The notes under the pieces: generated by a model
Seen by the model: only the letters and a program-made list of their open reading frames with translations
The model's database searches: none
What the model was told of the DNA's origin: nothing
Translations under genes and position numbers: made by a program
Part shown: in pieces, positions 61,573 through 64,000 of the stretch
How the letters are laid out: every line of letters starts with the position of its first letter
How positions within the stretch are numbered: position 1 is the stretch's first letter
Assembly (NCBI GenBank): GCA_030867685.1
Contig: JAQOWU010000008.1
Location: 2,604,001 to 2,668,000, forward strand
Direction of reading: 5' to 3'
Length of the DNA: 64,000 nucleotides
Source: Wickerhamiella versatilis
Lineage: Eukaryota

Positions 61573-62190
61573 ATGAGACGTACGTTGATTCTGCGGAACG
61601 TACACAAGGCGGCAGAAAAGTTCGCTAGCATAGACCGAACTGCGGGTAATGCGGTCCATGAGGCATATGCTGGTGTAGAGGAAGCCAACTATCCGCCGCC
61701 GGAGGAGACGAAAACTACGGCTGAACGTATAGCTGCGACACCTGAGCTGGCGGATGTCTATTTGAGTGCAAACACGTCTTTGGGTAAAGAGGAAATATTG
61801 ATTAAACCGACCAAGGGGCTGCCCACTGGTCTCACAGACCTTCAGTCCCACCCTTCCCCCAAGCAAAGCTTGCTTAAGGTGTATGACCACACACTTGCGT
61901 TCGTAGGCGAGAAGTTTCCCCCGACTAGTGTGTATCGTACCACTGTTGAGAACATGACGAAAGCCCGCAAGGCCATTGTAGAGTCCACTAATGATACTGA
62001 TGCTATTGAGCAGCAAGTCGGCTCGGGTCTTGTTGAGGAGATTCTAGTACAGGCGGCTGACGAATTTCGCTTAGCGGAGGATCTTGCGGAGCATAAAGTG
62101 TGGGAAAGTCTTGAGGAAGAACCCCTTCCTGATCAATGGATAGGACATGCAGTGAAGGACCAGCCGGAATACCCGGGTCAAGGTATATAG
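61573..62190 (+). CDS. Complex I accessory subunit NDUFA5/NUFM (B13)
   Basis: PTGLT.L..HP.P...L...Y, P..SVYR...E..T..R, G.GLVEE...QA..E, K.WE.LEE.P..DQW. Confidence 0.9.
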   Translation: MRRTLILRNVHKAAEKFASIDRTAGNAVHEAYAGVEEANYPPPEETKTTAERIAATPELADVYLSANTSLGKEEILIKPTKGLPTGLTDLQSHPSPKQSLLKVYDHTLAFVGEKFPPTSVYRTTVENMTKARKAIVESTNDTDAIEQQVGSGLVEEILVQAADEFRLAEDLAEHKVWESLEEEPLPDQWIGHAVKDQPEYPGQGI

Positions 62191-62479
62191 GTATTTAGAT
62201 CTCTTATTTTGTGTATTTACGTGGCAAGTGTGTTTCAAGTTTCACTGTTTGATCTCCTCGTGTCTCTTATCAAGTGACTTATGCAATTTACATACATATG
62301 ATACTCAGATAATGTTTACAGGCATATATTGCTAAATTTGACATTATATGTATAAGCCATCGTATCAAACCAAATTAAAAGAAATACAAAGAAGGACAGT
62401 CTCCCACATCTATTTAACCACTGTTAAGGGTGAATATAAAGAAGCACAAAGAAGCTACCAAATAATAATCTATAGAACA

Positions 62480-63088
62480 TTAGCAACACGAACTCGACGA
62501 ATCCTTGCTAGAACCAACAGCAACGCTGGACTTTGATTGCGACGGGGGAGCGTTCACGTACATATTGTCCTTTATATGTCGGGCCAGAGTTAGGAATGCA
62601 TCGTCCACTGAGGCAGCAGTTTTTGCTGAAGTCTCTATAAACGGAACACCCAATTCATCTGCAAGTGTCTTGCCCTGATCATAAGAAACCACACGCTTAT
62701 CCTCCATATCACACTTGTTACCCACTAGAATAACTTCAACATTATCACGAGCATGCTCCTGAATGTTCGCGTGCCATGTACGAATGTCGGCAAAGCTTTG
62801 CTCGTCAGTGACATCATAAACCAACAAAAAGCCCATTGCAGAGCGATAGTAGGCAGTTGTAATCGTCTTGAAGCGCTCCTGCCCCGCAGTATCCCATACC
62901 TGGAACTTAGCCGTTTTGCCATCAAGGTCCACGGTACGCAGCTTGAAGTCAATGCCGATTGTTGAGATGAAGCTAGGGGTGAATTCATCTTGGCAAAACC
63001 GCAACAGAAGACAAGATTTTCCAACCCCCGAATTTCCAATCAAAAGCACCTTAATGAGCAGGTCGTACGTTTTGCTCGTCGAAGACAT
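62480..63088 (-). CDS. SEC4: Rab8/Sec4-family GTPase
   Basis: GNSGVGKS, effector region [29 protein letters not shown] and C-terminal CC. Confidence 0.88.
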   Translation of the reverse strand: MSSTSKTYDLLIKVLLIGNSGVGKSCLLLRFCQDEFTPSFISTIGIDFKLRTVDLDGKTAKFQVWDTAGQERFKTITTAYYRSAMGFLLVYDVTDEQSFADIRTWHANIQEHARDNVEVILVGNKCDMEDKRVVSYDQGKTLADELGVPFIETSAKTAASVDDAFLTLARHIKDNMYVNAPPSQSKSSVAVGSSKDSSSSCC

Positions 63089-63304
63089 GTGGACGAAATT
63101 CCGATTACTACGCAAGGAGTATCATCTGGCGGGTTTACCATCGCCCAGCCTGAAATGAACAGGTTAGCCTACGTTATAGTGGATCAGAAATTTAATCGAA
63201 TAAGTGAAAATTAGATTAGAGGAAGCAAAGTACAGGGAATTTCTAACTATGCCAACCTTGATAACTTTCTTATCCAATCTGGCGAGGTGGACGTCTGACC
63301 AAGC

Positions 63305-64000
63305 ATGTCGTCGGGCGAGGATGACCTCTTCGGCAGCGTGAGCGATACAGGAGATTCGCCAGAAGCCACTGAAGTGACAGAGACCGCTCCCGAAAGACCC
63401 CTGAATCGGGAACGTCTTGTATTGCCTAGACTGGGGTGGGGCCACCAGCTCAAGACGGTGTATTCGGCCAGGGTTCCTGCTTTCTTACGCCTGGAGCCAG
63501 GTCCTTTTGATGCAAACAAGATCATAGAGACGCACCGCACAGAGGAAGATTTTCTACTAGAGGAGGGGACTTTACGTTGGAAATACGCACGGGATGCTAC
63601 GACAGGACAAATTACCAAGGTAGCAAATTCTCGGATTGTGGAGTGGGATGATGGCACACGTACCCTACAATTAGGGGATGAGCAGTTTGAGATCCGTACC
63701 CAGGCACCATATGATACGACGTTTGTATGTGCTTCACAGAATGACCGAGGTGTATACCAAACAGAGGCCCTGGTGGACGAGACACTAACACTACTTCCTA
63801 CCTCAACATCAAGTGCCACACATAGGAAACTTGCGGAAGTGATGGCGCGGCGTCGGATTTCATCCCGTCAGAAGGTTGGCAATGTCTTCACCACAGAGGA
63901 CCCAGAGAAGGTCCAGCGGGAAGTCGAGCGCGTTGAGTCACAGAAAGAAAAAGCTCGTCGGAAACTCGCAGCACAACGTGATGAGGTAGTATCGTATACC
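63305..64000 (+). CDS. LEO1: Paf1 complex subunit Leo1, running off the right edge
   Basis: MSSGEDDLFG, RVPAFL.LEP.PFD, TLRWKY, ANSRIVEWDDGT.TLQLGDE.F, PTSTSSATH.KL, EDPE. Confidence 0.92.
   Translation, partial: MSSGEDDLFGSVSDTGDSPEATEVTETAPERPLNRERLVLPRLGWGHQLKTVYSARVPAFLRLEPGPFDANKIIETHRTEEDFLLEEGTLRWKYARDATTGQITKVANSRIVEWDDGTRTLQLGDEQFEIRTQAPYDTTFVCASQNDRGVYQTEALVDETLTLLPTSTSSATHRKLAEVMARRRISSRQKVGNVFTTEDPEKVQREVERVESQKEKARRKLAAQRDEVVSYT

Noticed and set aside
61498-62016. 172-aa minus-strand ORF
   Set aside because: Antisense shadow of NDUFA5 with no recognisable motifs.
63247-63819. 190-aa minus-strand ORF
   Set aside because: Antisense shadow of LEO1, which the track missed because it has no stop in the window.
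1-64000. Bacterial horizontal transfers, transposons/LTRs, tRNAs, CRISPR or a centromere
   Set aside because: Every recognisable gene is of fungal type. I saw no terminal repeats, transposase or RT motifs, cloverleafs, arrays or long AT-rich gaps.

Overview
A gene-dense stretch of budding-yeast (Saccharomycotina) chromosome with about 47 protein-coding genes. I see no convincing introns, transposons, tRNA or rRNA genes. Many intergenic gaps are only 3-70 bp. A complex I subunit (NDUFA5/NUFM), a KDEL-ending PDI, an F-box/WD40 protein of the Pof11/FWD-1 type and the compaction suggest an early-branching, streamlined lineage such as Wickerhamiella/Trichomonascaceae (inference). Most genes are housekeeping and keep microsynteny with S. 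cerevisiae. The top finding is the ORF-free gap between RPA43 and SCO1 (~7600-8100, + strand), which looks like a very compact (~450-500 nt) telomerase RNA. It has a core-enclosing helix, a C-rich candidate template, an H-type pseudoknot, a three-way junction and an Sm site in the expected order, and it lies next to SCO1/CHS2 as TLC1 does in S. cerevisiae. Other findings: a syntenic Rpd3 whose catalytic His is replaced by Ser; a Gap1-type permease with an ~80-aa extracellular insertion carrying N-glycosylation sequons; MDJ2 and EMA19 in frame and 3 nt apart; head-to-head genes 13-73 bp apart; a presequence-less Pos5; a 58-aa ORF missed by the track; and a minimal Wbp11-like protein. All calls come from reading the sequence by eye and recalling family motifs; no searches were run.
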